64,000 bases of DNA from an uncultured Gemmatimonadota bacterium (GTDB taxonomy: Bacteria; Gemmatimonadota; Gemmatimonadetes; Palauibacterales; Palauibacteraceae): positions 324,288 to 388,287 of the forward strand of contig CAJWLK010000001.1 in the NCBI GenBank assembly GCA_913043255.1. Reading direction: 5' to 3'. The translations under genes were made by a program, and so were the position numbers. The notes beneath the pieces are model-generated. The model was not told the DNA's origin, did no database searches, and was given only the letters and a program-made list of their open reading frames with translations. Positions 9,901 through 19,513 of this stretch are shown in pieces (within the stretch, counting starts at the first letter, position 1; every line of letters begins with the position of its first letter).

Positions 9901-11790
9901 TCAATACCCTCTTTGTTTATTTACAACGGATAGCAACGGCTCTCCCTTCGCAAAACGGCGTAGGTTCTCTCTAAATAGCAGCCACATACGTTCCATATGA
10001 CCATCACCATCCCCCCCTAAGTGTGGGGTGATAATGACGTTTGGCATTCCCCAAAGATCATGATTTTCCGGGAGCGGTTCGGGATCAGTCACGTCTAGAC
10101 CTGCCCCTAAAATTCGTCCCTCACGCAAAGCTGACATGAGAGCTTCGGTATCGACTGTTCCGCCCCTTCCGATATTAATTAAAAACGATGTTGGTTTTGT
10201 TCTGGAAAAAAACTCGTTGCCGAACAGTTTTTCAGTGGTGGGAGTAAGGGGTAGGCTGTTAACGATAACATCTGCTTCTGGCACCAAATCCAAGAGTTCT
10301 GACGCAAGGCCCACATACTCTACAAATGGTGGCCCGTGTCGGCTGCTACCCCGTGTGGCGATAACGCGCATGCCAATTCCGTTTGCTACGCGGGCCACTT
10401 CCGTGCCAATACCACCCAATCCAACTACTAAGAGCGTGCGCCCTCGCAGTTCGAGAAGTTCGCTCCCCTTTCCTATGTAGGGTGTCGCACCAGTTAAGGG
10501 AGTTATATCCCAACGACGTTTACGCTGTAGTTCTAGGGCTACATTTAGGCGGCGGCTCAGCATCAACACCATCCCCAAAACATGTTCTGCACCGCCCGGA
10601 CCGAAAATTCGCTGAGCATTAGATAAGACGACGTCGCTCTCGTTCAACCCTGGTATTCCCAGGTATCTCTCCACACCAGCAGAACTAAGCTGCACCCATC
10701 GCAAGTTCTGTGCCTCGTTAAAGATCTGCGGTGTTAGCCACCCTAGAACGGCATCAGCATCGCGTCCCAATTCAGCCGCTTCACTAGGGTCACCTGCTAC
10801 GACAACGTCGACCCCCGGGGCAACCAAAGCCAACTGCCCTGTCCGTCCTGGCCAAAGATCAGCCACAACGATTTTGGTGGGGCGGGTCCATCCCGGGCTT
10901 ACAGCTGTTGGAGAAGGGCCTTCTTGAAGCCCCAGATCATCTATAAAAGTTGTGGCAGGCCGGAGACCCACGAGTTCGTCGTATATTTTCCCGAAGGCAA
11001 ACTCCGATATTGCCCCAAAATCTTCTGGCTTCACAATGTCGAACACCTGTTTTCGATTCTTAGCATACCCCAGCGCATCAAAAAAACGTTCTTTAAGCTT
11101 CTCAAGCGTACTGCGAGTTTCGACGATGATTTCGGGACCCAGAACCTGCCCGTTACCCGCAACAACGATTTTAGGATTCATGCCTTCAAAGCGTTTCAGC
11201 GCTCGGATCCAACCCTCTATTGGTAAAAGAGATGGACTTCGACCGGAACCGACAAGATCACCGGCGAAGAGGACGCCAGAATCAGGAACGTAGACAGCGA
11301 GAGATCCACTTTCTCGATCGTTCACGTGGTGGAACTCCACGAGATGATGGGAGTCTTGGAGAATAGTTCCTGACTGAACCTCTAATACACTACCGGAGAC
11401 CACGGATGATACGTGTGTCGAATCAGCCATGTCCCCGCGTTTTTGGGGAGCAATAAAATCGGATTCCAAGGCCGTGAGCCAAACCACATCTGCAAAGTGA
11501 TCTTCTGATACCTTCTCACCACTCCCAAATGTGCGCACTCCAAAACGAATGGGTTTCCCCGAATAACGTCGGGCAATTTCGGCCACCCTCGGTTTCCCAT
11601 CTACAATCGTTTCATCAATTACGAGCACATAATCATCAAATTCGATCCACCCTGCATTTCCAGATAGGCCACCTGCCTGCGAAGGAGTGGTAAGTACAGC
11701 CACGTCATCAGCTACCCATTCGGGCACCTGGGAAGAAATCGGTGAAGTTCCAACCAATATCCATGCAAGCAGTATGATCGCGGGCTTCAT
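9901..11790 (-). CDS. fusion: signal peptide + degenerate metallo-beta-lactamase fold + D-2-hydroxyacid dehydrogenase
   Basis: N-half NAGWIEFDDYVLVID, VYVPDSGVLFAGDLV, VVAGNG (MBL fold); C-half VVGLGGIG, NIGRG, DVTDPEPLP, TPHLGG; AGGAG RBS. Confidence 0.82.
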   Translation of the reverse strand: MKPAIILLAWILVGTSPISSQVPEWVADDVAVLTTPSQAGGLSGNAGWIEFDDYVLVIDETIVDGKPRVAEIARRYSGKPIRFGVRTFGSGEKVSEDHFADVVWLTALESDFIAPQKRGDMADSTHVSSVVSGSVLEVQSGTILQDSHHLVEFHHVNDRESGSLAVYVPDSGVLFAGDLVGSGRSPSLLPIEGWIRALKRFEGMNPKIVVAGNGQVLGPEIIVETRSTLEKLKERFFDALGYAKNRKQVFDIVKPEDFGAISEFAFGKIYDELVGLRPATTFIDDLGLQEGPSPTAVSPGWTRPTKIVVADLWPGRTGQLALVAPGVDVVVAGDPSEAAELGRDADAVLGWLTPQIFNEAQNLRWVQLSSAGVERYLGIPGLNESDVVLSNAQRIFGPGGAEHVLGMVLMLSRRLNVALELQRKRRWDITPLTGATPYIGKGSELLELRGRTLLVVGLGGIGTEVARVANGIGMRVIATRGSSRHGPPFVEYVGLASELLDLVPEADVIVNSLPLTPTTEKLFGNEFFSRTKPTSFLINIGRGGTVDTEALMSALREGRILGAGLDVTDPEPLPENHDLWGMPNVIITPHLGGDGDGHMERMWLLFRENLRRFAKGEPLLSVVNKQRGY

Positions 11791-12003
11791 GTAAACTCCT
11801 ACTTGGTCCTTAGAAGAGAAGGCGATTCAGGCTGCCCGTTGGACGCAGCCTAACTAATGGTGGGTGAAGCGGACTGAGTTGTCTCAGTGCAGACATTTTT
11901 AGACTATGGGAACAACTCCATGTCCGCTGATAGACAACTCCTAAATTGCCATCATCAAATAGCAATCACTGGAGAACCGCGCCACGCACTCTCCTGTCAC
12001 GGC

Positions 12004-12090
12004 TTAACGATCAGTTACCTCAACAAGCAAGATCACTAGTAGCGCAATTAGGACAGGTATTCCGATGAGCCAGTCCTGCCATTCGGGCAT
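12004..12090 (-). CDS. possible 28-aa single-TM microprotein
   Basis: MPEWQDWLIGIPVLIALLVILLVEVTDR preceded by GGAGGTGGAG; C-terminal part of track ORF 12004..12216. Confidence 0.35.
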   Translation of the reverse strand: MPEWQDWLIGIPVLIALLVILLVEVTDR

Positions 12091-12247
12091 CTCCACCTCC
12101 GCCTTATCGATATCGACAACCAAAACCATACGAGATAAACATGCCCCTTCTTCGTGGAGCAGCGGTCGTTCCCCAACCTGCTTTAGTAGCTGCTCCAATG
12201 CAAAGACAGGAAGCACTTCGTCGTGCGTTTATCACCCAGGGGCAAAC

Positions 12248-12784
12248 CTACTCGATTCCAGTACTTCCTAAACCACCTACCCGATCCGTTGAAACCGAGA
12301 CCTCTCCTTCCTCCCAGTCAAATACAGCAAATCGGTTGAGGACAATCTGGGCGATGCGTTCCCCATGTGTAATTTTCACGGGGTGAGGTGAGGAATTGAG
12401 AACGAGGACAAACCATTCGTCTGGGTAATCAGCATCCACTGTACCTGGGGCGTTTGGAACGGTAAGGCCACACTTCCAGGCAAGCGAGGAGCGTATTCGG
12501 ATCTGCGCTTCATAACCCCTAGGAAGTTGAGCCCGAAAACCGGTCGGAATAAGGGCCCGGTCTCCAGGTTCGAGTATGATGGCCGGATCTGACCCAACAT
12601 CGGAAACGGGGGCTTCTTCTGATACAGCCTCTATCGCACTGCGGTGAATCTTGATCCGCCCACGTGTCAGGTGTGCTCTGACGTCGTAGCCGGCCGAAAG
12701 CTCTGTTGATCGAACTGGTTTCTGGACATCTGGAGCGAGGCTCTCAAAGACTACCCGTTCACTGGAGGAATTCTTCACCCGCAT
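12248..12784 (-). CDS. dut: dUTP diphosphatase
   Basis: SAGYDV, RSSLA, GTVDADY, GERIAQ, RVGGLGSTG motifs; start at 12784 overlaps upstream stop (TGATG). Confidence 0.92.
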   Translation of the reverse strand: MRVKNSSSERVVFESLAPDVQKPVRSTELSAGYDVRAHLTRGRIKIHRSAIEAVSEEAPVSDVGSDPAIILEPGDRALIPTGFRAQLPRGYEAQIRIRSSLAWKCGLTVPNAPGTVDADYPDEWFVLVLNSSPHPVKITHGERIAQIVLNRFAVFDWEEGEVSVSTDRVGGLGSTGIE

Positions 12785-13350
12785 CAGCTCCCCTGAAAGA
12801 GTCTGGCCCATTCTATAGCTGAGCTTATGAATTTTTCGAGGCGCTCGATAGCGGCTTCATCTGCCAGCTTAAAATCTTGACCGAAGAGTGAACTCGCCCC
12901 TCCCAAAAGCAGCCGAGGTTGCGGCATTACCCGTGCATTATTCGAGCCCAGACACTCCCGAAGCGCTCTCTGTGCTGCCGCTGTTCCTAGGGGACTAGGC
13001 GTTGTACCCATAATTGCAACCGGCTTTCCATCCCAAGCTTGAGGACGTGGTGGGCGAGACGCCCAATCGATCATGTTTTTCGTTACGGCCGACATGCCTT
13101 GGTTGTATTCAGGCGTCACAATGAACACTAGGTCAGAAGAATGAATTTTGCTCTTTAGAGTTAAAACCGAATCTGGGTCTCCGTCAGCCTCAAGGTCAGC
13201 GTTATAAAACGGCAACGGAGCCAAATTAAATACGTCAATCTCCAATTCCCTAGGCGATCGCTCAATCACAGCTCGCAGAAGGGCTTGGTTATATGAAGCG
13301 ACGCGAAGACTTCCCACGAACGCGAGGGCTTGAATCGTCGAATTGGTCAT
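12784..13350 (-). CDS. NAD(P)H-dependent FMN reductase (ChrR/chromate reductase-like)
   Basis: GSLRVASYN, TPEYN, KNMIDWASR, GKPVAIMG; start placed at ATG 13350 behind GGAGA. Confidence 0.9.
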   Translation of the reverse strand: MTNSTIQALAFVGSLRVASYNQALLRAVIERSPRELEIDVFNLAPLPFYNADLEADGDPDSVLTLKSKIHSSDLVFIVTPEYNQGMSAVTKNMIDWASRPPRPQAWDGKPVAIMGTTPSPLGTAAAQRALRECLGSNNARVMPQPRLLLGGASSLFGQDFKLADEAAIERLEKFISSAIEWARLFQGS

Positions 13351-13676
13351 ATCATCTCCGTGAGAACCAACCTGCGCCATTTGTAACAAGTAAAACATAT
13401 TCCGAAACATAACTCATGGGATGGGCTGCCTCCTCCCTTCCTGTAGCTTAGCCAAAGTAACTAGCATTCTGCACAAGCCCTTCATGTCCATTCCACGAGG
13501 CACCTGCATGCTCGGGACTCTGGAGTCATCCGACGACCTGTGGCAACCTCAATCAGGAAAAAACGCAAAGAGATGCCAGCATTATACAGTAGAGATGTTG
13601 ACAGTGGCCTCCACCCCCCATTTCATCATTGTGATCGAATATACCCGGCTTATCAAACCCGTTCAGGAGAATCCTG

Positions 13677-16600
13677 ATGGACCGTCGCATCTCTTGTAAT
13701 CACAAAGCACGTTCTCGCCACCTTCTGATGATCACTGCATTTACCGTTGTCTTTTTCTCCATTTTCACCACACAACTAGTAGCACAGAACGTGATGCAAG
13801 AAGAAGAAAGCGACCCGACAAATGAGAATCTTCCTCTCGAACCAGATCGATGGGTTCCTATTGATATGACTGAAGGGAGTTGGATATCACTTGATGTGAG
13901 TCCCGACGGTCAAGCGATCGTGTTTGACTACCTTGGCGACCTCTTCACAATGCCGATCACAGGGGGCGCCGCGACCCAGATCACTTCCGGGATGGCATTT
14001 GACGCTCAGCCACGATTTTCTCCAGATGGTGCTCAGATCGTGTACAGCTCGGACCACGATGGCGGACAAAACATCTGGGTCATGTCATCCGATGGTTCGG
14101 ATCCCACCCAAATTTCTACGGGCAAGGCTAATCGCGCAGAGTCGCCCGAGTGGCTACCCGGTGGCGAGTATGTCATCGCTTCGATCGGAGATTTCCGCGG
14201 CGGAGCTCTCCCTAAACTGAAGATGTTCCACGTAGAGGGCGGTAGTGGGATCAAACTCATCTCAGAGCCTGACAATCTCAAGATGATTGGACCTGCAGTC
14301 TCACCCGACGGCCGGCATATCTGGTACTCCCGTAGGACAAGTGACTGGACCTACAACGCACAGTTTCCACAGTATCAAATAGAGGCATATGACCGAGAAA
14401 CAGGAGAGCGTTATACCAAGTCGGCTCGATATGGCTCGGCTATTCGGCCTACACTCTCCCCGGATGGTCGCTGGGTCGTGTTCGGTACGCGACACGAAGA
14501 CCAGACAGGGCTCATCCTCCGAAATCTCGAAACAAGTGAAGAGCGCTGGCTTGCTTATCCAGTCCAGCACGATGACCAAGAATCTCGTGCAACGTTAGAC
14601 CTCCTGCCCGGAATGTCGTTCACACCCGACTCTCAACATTTGATAGTCTCTTACGGTGGTAAGATTTGGAAACTTCCCATAGAGAACGGCGAAGTTGAAG
14701 AAGTCCCATTCCAAGTAAAATTCGATCTAGGACTCGGGCCTCAGGTAGATTTCGACTATCCTATCGAAGACACCCCAACATTCACCGTTCGGCAGATCCG
14801 GGATGCTGCACCTTCACCAAGCGGAGATCGACTGGCTTTCACCGCTCTTGACCGACTGTGGACATCTGCCTCGGATGGGTCCAATCCCGAGCGCCTAACC
14901 GATGAAGACATATCTGAACATTTTCCCGCATGGTCGCCTGACGGTGAGTGGATTGCCTACTCAACCTGGGATGGAGACGAAGGGCACCTCTATAAGACAC
15001 GAGCAAACGGGCGAGGAAATCCCATTCGCCTTACGGAGAAAGCCGCGACCTATTTCTCTCCAGCTTGGGGACCCGGTGACCGGATCGTAACTGTGCGGGG
15101 ATTTGTTCGTTCATTCAAGACACAAGGTGAGGGTGGCACTCCCGGTTCAGAGATCGTGTGGGTTTCGGCGAACCCCGATGGTGACACTGGAGGCGAAGCC
15201 AGGGTGATTGCACCAACCGATAGGCGCGCGAACCCACATTTTGTTGACGGTGTAGAACGCATTTACCTATTCCGTTCTCCAGACATATTGGTTTCAATCC
15301 GTTGGGATGGAACCGATGAGAAACAACATATCAAGGTGCGGGGAGCCACCCTTACCGGGGCAAGCCAAGGCTTGACCCCCACAGCCATCTGGATGGCACC
15401 ACGCGGCGATCAAGCGTTGGTAGAGCTACAACGTCAAATCTATTCAGTGACTGTCCCACAAGTTGGAACTGCCCCCACCATCAACATCACAGACCCTGAG
15501 AAAGCCTCCTTTCCATCCCGCCAACTAACCGACATCGGCGGCGAGTTTCCGACTTGGGAGGCCGATGGTCGTAGGATCCACTGGTCTTTAGGAAACGCGC
15601 ATTTTGTTTATGATCTCGATGACGCTCGAACTGTAGAAGACAGTGTGGCGGCAGCCAACGAAGAGGAGACCGATGACAAAGAACACGATGAACAGAACGA
15701 TAGCCACTATAAGGCGAGCGAGTTTCGTGTCTTAATAGAGGCACCCCGCGACATCCCAACCTCACTGGCGGTACTCCGCGGGGGACACGCTATCACAATG
15801 CACGACAACCAAGTTATTGAGAATGCAGACATTGTCATCCGAAACAACCGCATTGAAGCGGTGGGAATCCAAGGTTCAGTCAACGTGCCCACCGAGGCGG
15901 AGGTAATCGATGTTAGCGGGCGGTGGATTCTACCCGGATTCGTTGACACGCATGCGCACCTTAGAGCACGAGATGAACTGCACCGAAGCGATATATGGCC
16001 CTACTTAGCTAACCTAGCCTACGGAGTGACAACAACTCGAGATCCCCAGACAGGCAACACTGAGGTTTTGTCCTATGCAGATATGGTTCGGTCGGGTGCT
16101 GTGCTTGGCCCACGCGTCTATTCAACTGGGCCTGGCGTGATGTGGCAAGACGGCATCGACACCGCGGATGAGGCAAAAGACGTCCTCTCCCGATACTCAA
16201 ATTACTTCGACACCAAAACTATCAAGATGTATGTCGCTGCCGCACGCAAAGGACGACAACACATCATCATGGCCGCACGCGAGTTGGGTCTCATGCCTAC
16301 AACAGAAGGCTCACTTAACATCCGGCAAAATTTAACCGAAACGATCGATGGATATCCTGGACTTGAGCACTCCATCCCCATCTTCCCCGTCTACGGTGAC
16401 TACGTGAAGCTATTCGCTGAAACCGGGCGCGTGTACACCCCAACATTACTCGTCTCGTACGGTGGGCCATGGGCAGAGAACTACTACTACAGCAGGGAGA
16501 ACCCACACGACGATGTGAAGCTCAGGCGGTTTATCCCACATGATGAAGTCGACGCTCGCACGTTGCGTCGACCACAGTGGTTCCGAACAGACCAGCATGT

Positions 16601-17018
16601 CTTTGCTCGTCACGCAGAGTTCGTGAAAAACCTCGTTGAGGCCGGGGGGAAGGCAGGTGTAGGAAGCCATGGCCAACTTCAAGGGCTGGGATATCATTGG
16701 GAGTTGTGGAGTATGGCAGCTTCGGAACTCGACGAATATGACGCGCTACGGATGGCCACAATTTTCGGAGCTGATGCCATCGGCCTCGATCAGGATTTGG
16801 GCTCAATCGAACCAGGCAAACTCGCTGACCTCGTGATCTTGAGCGCAAACCCGCTTGATGATCTTCGTAACACGAATACCGTCAAGCAGGTGATGCTCAA
16901 CGGCCGCCTGTACGACGGCGACACGCTAAACGAACTGTACCCGCGCCAACGCCCTCTAGCACCACTCTGGTGGTGGGATGAAGAGCCTGACGGGGTACCA
17001 GGACTCCGGAGACCTTAG
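13677..17018 (+). CDS. exported amidohydrolase with N-terminal PD40/TolB-like beta-propellers
   Basis: Signal-like N-terminus; repeated SPDG motifs; PGFVDTHAH, YGVTTTRDP, IKMY, GSHGQLQG, GSIEPGKLADLV. Confidence 0.88.
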   Translation: MDRRISCNHKARSRHLLMITAFTVVFFSIFTTQLVAQNVMQEEESDPTNENLPLEPDRWVPIDMTEGSWISLDVSPDGQAIVFDYLGDLFTMPITGGAATQITSGMAFDAQPRFSPDGAQIVYSSDHDGGQNIWVMSSDGSDPTQISTGKANRAESPEWLPGGEYVIASIGDFRGGALPKLKMFHVEGGSGIKLISEPDNLKMIGPAVSPDGRHIWYSRRTSDWTYNAQFPQYQIEAYDRETGERYTKSARYGSAIRPTLSPDGRWVVFGTRHEDQTGLILRNLETSEERWLAYPVQHDDQESRATLDLLPGMSFTPDSQHLIVSYGGKIWKLPIENGEVEEVPFQVKFDLGLGPQVDFDYPIEDTPTFTVRQIRDAAPSPSGDRLAFTALDRLWTSASDGSNPERLTDEDISEHFPAWSPDGEWIAYSTWDGDEGHLYKTRANGRGNPIRLTEKAATYFSPAWGPGDRIVTVRGFVRSFKTQGEGGTPGSEIVWVSANPDGDTGGEARVIAPTDRRANPHFVDGVERIYLFRSPDILVSIRWDGTDEKQHIKVRGATLTGASQGLTPTAIWMAPRGDQALVELQRQIYSVTVPQVGTAPTINITDPEKASFPSRQLTDIGGEFPTWEADGRRIHWSLGNAHFVYDLDDARTVEDSVAAANEEETDDKEHDEQNDSHYKASEFRVLIEAPRDIPTSLAVLRGGHAITMHDNQVIENADIVIRNNRIEAVGIQGSVNVPTEAEVIDVSGRWILPGFVDTHAHLRARDELHRSDIWPYLANLAYGVTTTRDPQTGNTEVLSYADMVRSGAVLGPRVYSTGPGVMWQDGIDTADEAKDVLSRYSNYFDTKTIKMYVAAARKGRQHIIMAARELGLMPTTEGSLNIRQNLTETIDGYPGLEHSIPIFPVYGDYVKLFAETGRVYTPTLLVSYGGPWAENYYYSRENPHDDVKLRRFIPHDEVDARTLRRPQWFRTDQHVFARHAEFVKNLVEAGGKAGVGSHGQLQGLGYHWELWSMAASELDEYDALRMATIFGADAIGLDQDLGSIEPGKLADLVILSANPLDDLRNTNTVKQVMLNGRLYDGDTLNELYPRQRPLAPLWWWDEEPDGVPGLRRP

Positions 17019-17045
17019 GTCTCGAGTGTAGTAAATGATTTCGGT

Positions 17046-18986
17046 TTAACGATACACTTGGAGTGGAAGACTAACAGCTCCCAGAGGAGCATCAGCAGTG
17101 TGGAGGGACAACTCTAGGTGGTTATTCAGTAAGTCATGTAGCATGTGCGCTGTGAGTTTGAGGCTGCCCTCGGCCGCTGCATTCCCCGGTCCCGATACCC
17201 GGTGAACGATAGCGTCAGGCCCGGCACCATCGCGACGTCGGATAACAATTGCATGCACCTCGTCATCGGGGAGACCACCTGAAACGATAAGGTAGCTCAG
17301 GTTCCCACCCGGAAGATCAAGGCTAAAACTTGCGTCTAGCTGCACTCCAGTCGGCCTTCCCAACCAATCGGCCTCGCCCGAGGCACTAAAAATAAGCGCC
17401 TCAGGAACCCGTGCTTCGACGAGTTCCGGTGTGCGATGCGGTGCCCGGCGCGGCGTCGTGGCCTGCTCTAGGCCGTATGCCAGCGAAACAAGCCGAACGT
17501 CGTCAAAGGGACGCCCTAAGAGCTCAATGCCTACAGGCAAATGCATTTCGGTGAACCCCGCAGGGGCGCTGATGGCCGGAAGTCCACTGTGTGCGGCCAG
17601 TGAGCAGGTACGACCTCCACGAGGCGCAGTTCCAATCAGCGTCGGCTCCTCTCTGAGCGTTGGATACGCAATCGCATCCAGACCATGTTCGTCCATCAAG
17701 TCGACCAAGGCTTTTCGGAGTGTTACCTGGCGATCTAGGGTCTCGCGGTATTCGTCTTCATCCCGTTCCTCCGCAAAACTCCTACGCCGATATGTCCCGT
17801 CCAGCACTTCATGATGGAGACCAAGCTCGACGATTTGAGGCAAGCCATCGATTGGAGTGCTCGACACCCCAGCTAGATAGTTTGCTAGATCGATCACGAA
17901 TTCTAGTCCAATAACGCTCGAGTTTATCAGAAGTGAATCGAGGTTTGGAATGGTGATATCGACCACCTCGGCACCTTCATCAGTCATGGCGGTCAGGGCA
18001 CGCCGCACAACCGTAGTCACCTGCCCCTCACCGCCCTCTTCACCAAGCCAAGCTTCTAGAGCCCCAATCTTCGCACCGCGCAATTCGTCCCTGTCCAAGT
18101 TAGCCAAAAAGTGAGGAGCCTCACGGTCTTTGAGCGTGTGTGTAGCTGGATCGGCCAAATCAAAGCCGACAGTCGCATCAAGTGCAATGGCCAGGTCGAC
18201 CACAGAACGCGCTAGTGGCCCACCTGTATCTTGTGTGTGTGAGAGCGGCACAATGCCATCGATACTTGAGAGTCCTTTAGTCGGCCTCAAACCGACGAGG
18301 TTGTGGACGGATGACGGAATCCGAATTGAACCACACGTATCTGACCCCCAGCCTACCGCAGCAAAACTTGCAGCCACACCGGCCCCAGTTCCACCGGAAG
18401 ATCCCCCAGGGTTGCGCTCAGGGGCGTACGGATTCCGTGTTTGACCTCCGAGTGAGCTGACACTTGTTATGCCCGCCGCCAGTTCATGGAGGTTAGTCTT
18501 CGCCAGAATGATCGCCCCTGCTTCTCGCAGCCTCCGTACCTGGAATGCATCATCGGGGGGGACTGAACCGGCCAAGGCAAGAGTCGATCCCGTAGTCGGC
18601 ATGTCGAACGTGTCATAATTATCCTTAAGGAGGATTGGGATACCGTGCAGCAAACCCCGCACTTGACCATCTGCTCGTTCTCGATCGAGTCGCACTGCTT
18701 GTGCACGCGCTTCTGGGTGGACACGGATAATGGCGTTGATCATCGGCCCTGATTTGTCATATGCCCTAATCCGATCCAGATATGCCTCCACAAGGTCGAC
18801 CGAAGTGACGTGACCCGAATCTAGCGCCGCCCTCAACTCTGGGATCGACGCTTCCATGACTTCGAACACAACCGACTCTTGTGACCACAAAGCAGTTACA
18901 AGTGAAGAGCCGGGGAGAACGCTCAAAACCAGAGTCATCATCCCAACCAAAAGTGCAAAACGACGGATCATGGGAGTACGCTCCAT
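17046..18986 (-). CDS. exported amidase-signature enzyme with C-terminal CHRD-like domain
   Basis: LHGIPILLKDN, GGSSGG, GSDTCGSIRIPS (Lys-Ser-Ser triad); C-terminus LELSLHTADAPLG resembles CHRD. Confidence 0.85.
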   Translation of the reverse strand: MERTPMIRRFALLVGMMTLVLSVLPGSSLVTALWSQESVVFEVMEASIPELRAALDSGHVTSVDLVEAYLDRIRAYDKSGPMINAIIRVHPEARAQAVRLDRERADGQVRGLLHGIPILLKDNYDTFDMPTTGSTLALAGSVPPDDAFQVRRLREAGAIILAKTNLHELAAGITSVSSLGGQTRNPYAPERNPGGSSGGTGAGVAASFAAVGWGSDTCGSIRIPSSVHNLVGLRPTKGLSSIDGIVPLSHTQDTGGPLARSVVDLAIALDATVGFDLADPATHTLKDREAPHFLANLDRDELRGAKIGALEAWLGEEGGEGQVTTVVRRALTAMTDEGAEVVDITIPNLDSLLINSSVIGLEFVIDLANYLAGVSSTPIDGLPQIVELGLHHEVLDGTYRRRSFAEERDEDEYRETLDRQVTLRKALVDLMDEHGLDAIAYPTLREEPTLIGTAPRGGRTCSLAAHSGLPAISAPAGFTEMHLPVGIELLGRPFDDVRLVSLAYGLEQATTPRRAPHRTPELVEARVPEALIFSASGEADWLGRPTGVQLDASFSLDLPGGNLSYLIVSGGLPDDEVHAIVIRRRDGAGPDAIVHRVSGPGNAAAEGSLKLTAHMLHDLLNNHLELSLHTADAPLGAVSLPLQVYR

Positions 18987-19038
18987 GAATTAAAGGGTTT
19001 AGGGTGACCAAAGGATGCTACGGTAGATAGTCCTATAG

Positions 19039-19500
19039 CTACCACGCATCATGGGCAGGGTGACCCTCACGGATCTCAACAAACGTACCAGAGCAGGTCG
19101 CGGTTACCTCTCCTCCTGATGTGAGTTCTGCTTCTACAACTGCCTTCCGATCAGTCGCCTCAGACACCCAAGCCCGAAGACGGACCGGTTCACTGGAGGC
19201 GGTTGGTCGCCGGAGCCTGACCGAGTATTCAGCCGTGACGGTAATTTGCGGACGATCCGCACCGCGCATCTGCATGAAATAATGGGCAGCAGCCCAGTTA
19301 CAGTGGCAATCGAACAGTGTGCCTATGATCCCACCATTTAGAACTCCAGGGAACGAGGCATGGTTTGGCCCGGGCGTCCATTCCGCGACCACCTCGTCAC
19401 CCTGCGCGAAGCTTCTGAGGTGAAGCCCCTCTGGATTCGATGGTCCACAACCCCAACACACCGACCCTCGGGCATACCTTTCCTGGAGGCCTTCACTCAC
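19039..19500 (-). CDS. PaaI family (hotdog) thioesterase
   Basis: CWGCGPSNPEGL, FPGVLNGGIIGTLFDCH, VTAEYSVRLRRPT; start placed at GTG 19500 to avoid overlap with the ligase. Confidence 0.82.
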   Translation of the reverse strand: MSEGLQERYARGSVCWGCGPSNPEGLHLRSFAQGDEVVAEWTPGPNHASFPGVLNGGIIGTLFDCHCNWAAAHYFMQMRGADRPQITVTAEYSVRLRRPTASSEPVRLRAWVSEATDRKAVVEAELTSGGEVTATCSGTFVEIREGHPAHDAW

Positions 19501-19513
19501 TTCAGGGTCCAAT

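Noticed and set aside
11971-11998. GGAGAG element suggestive of a glycine riboswitch
   Set aside because: Downstream CCGAAG and CTCTCAGG elements are absent.
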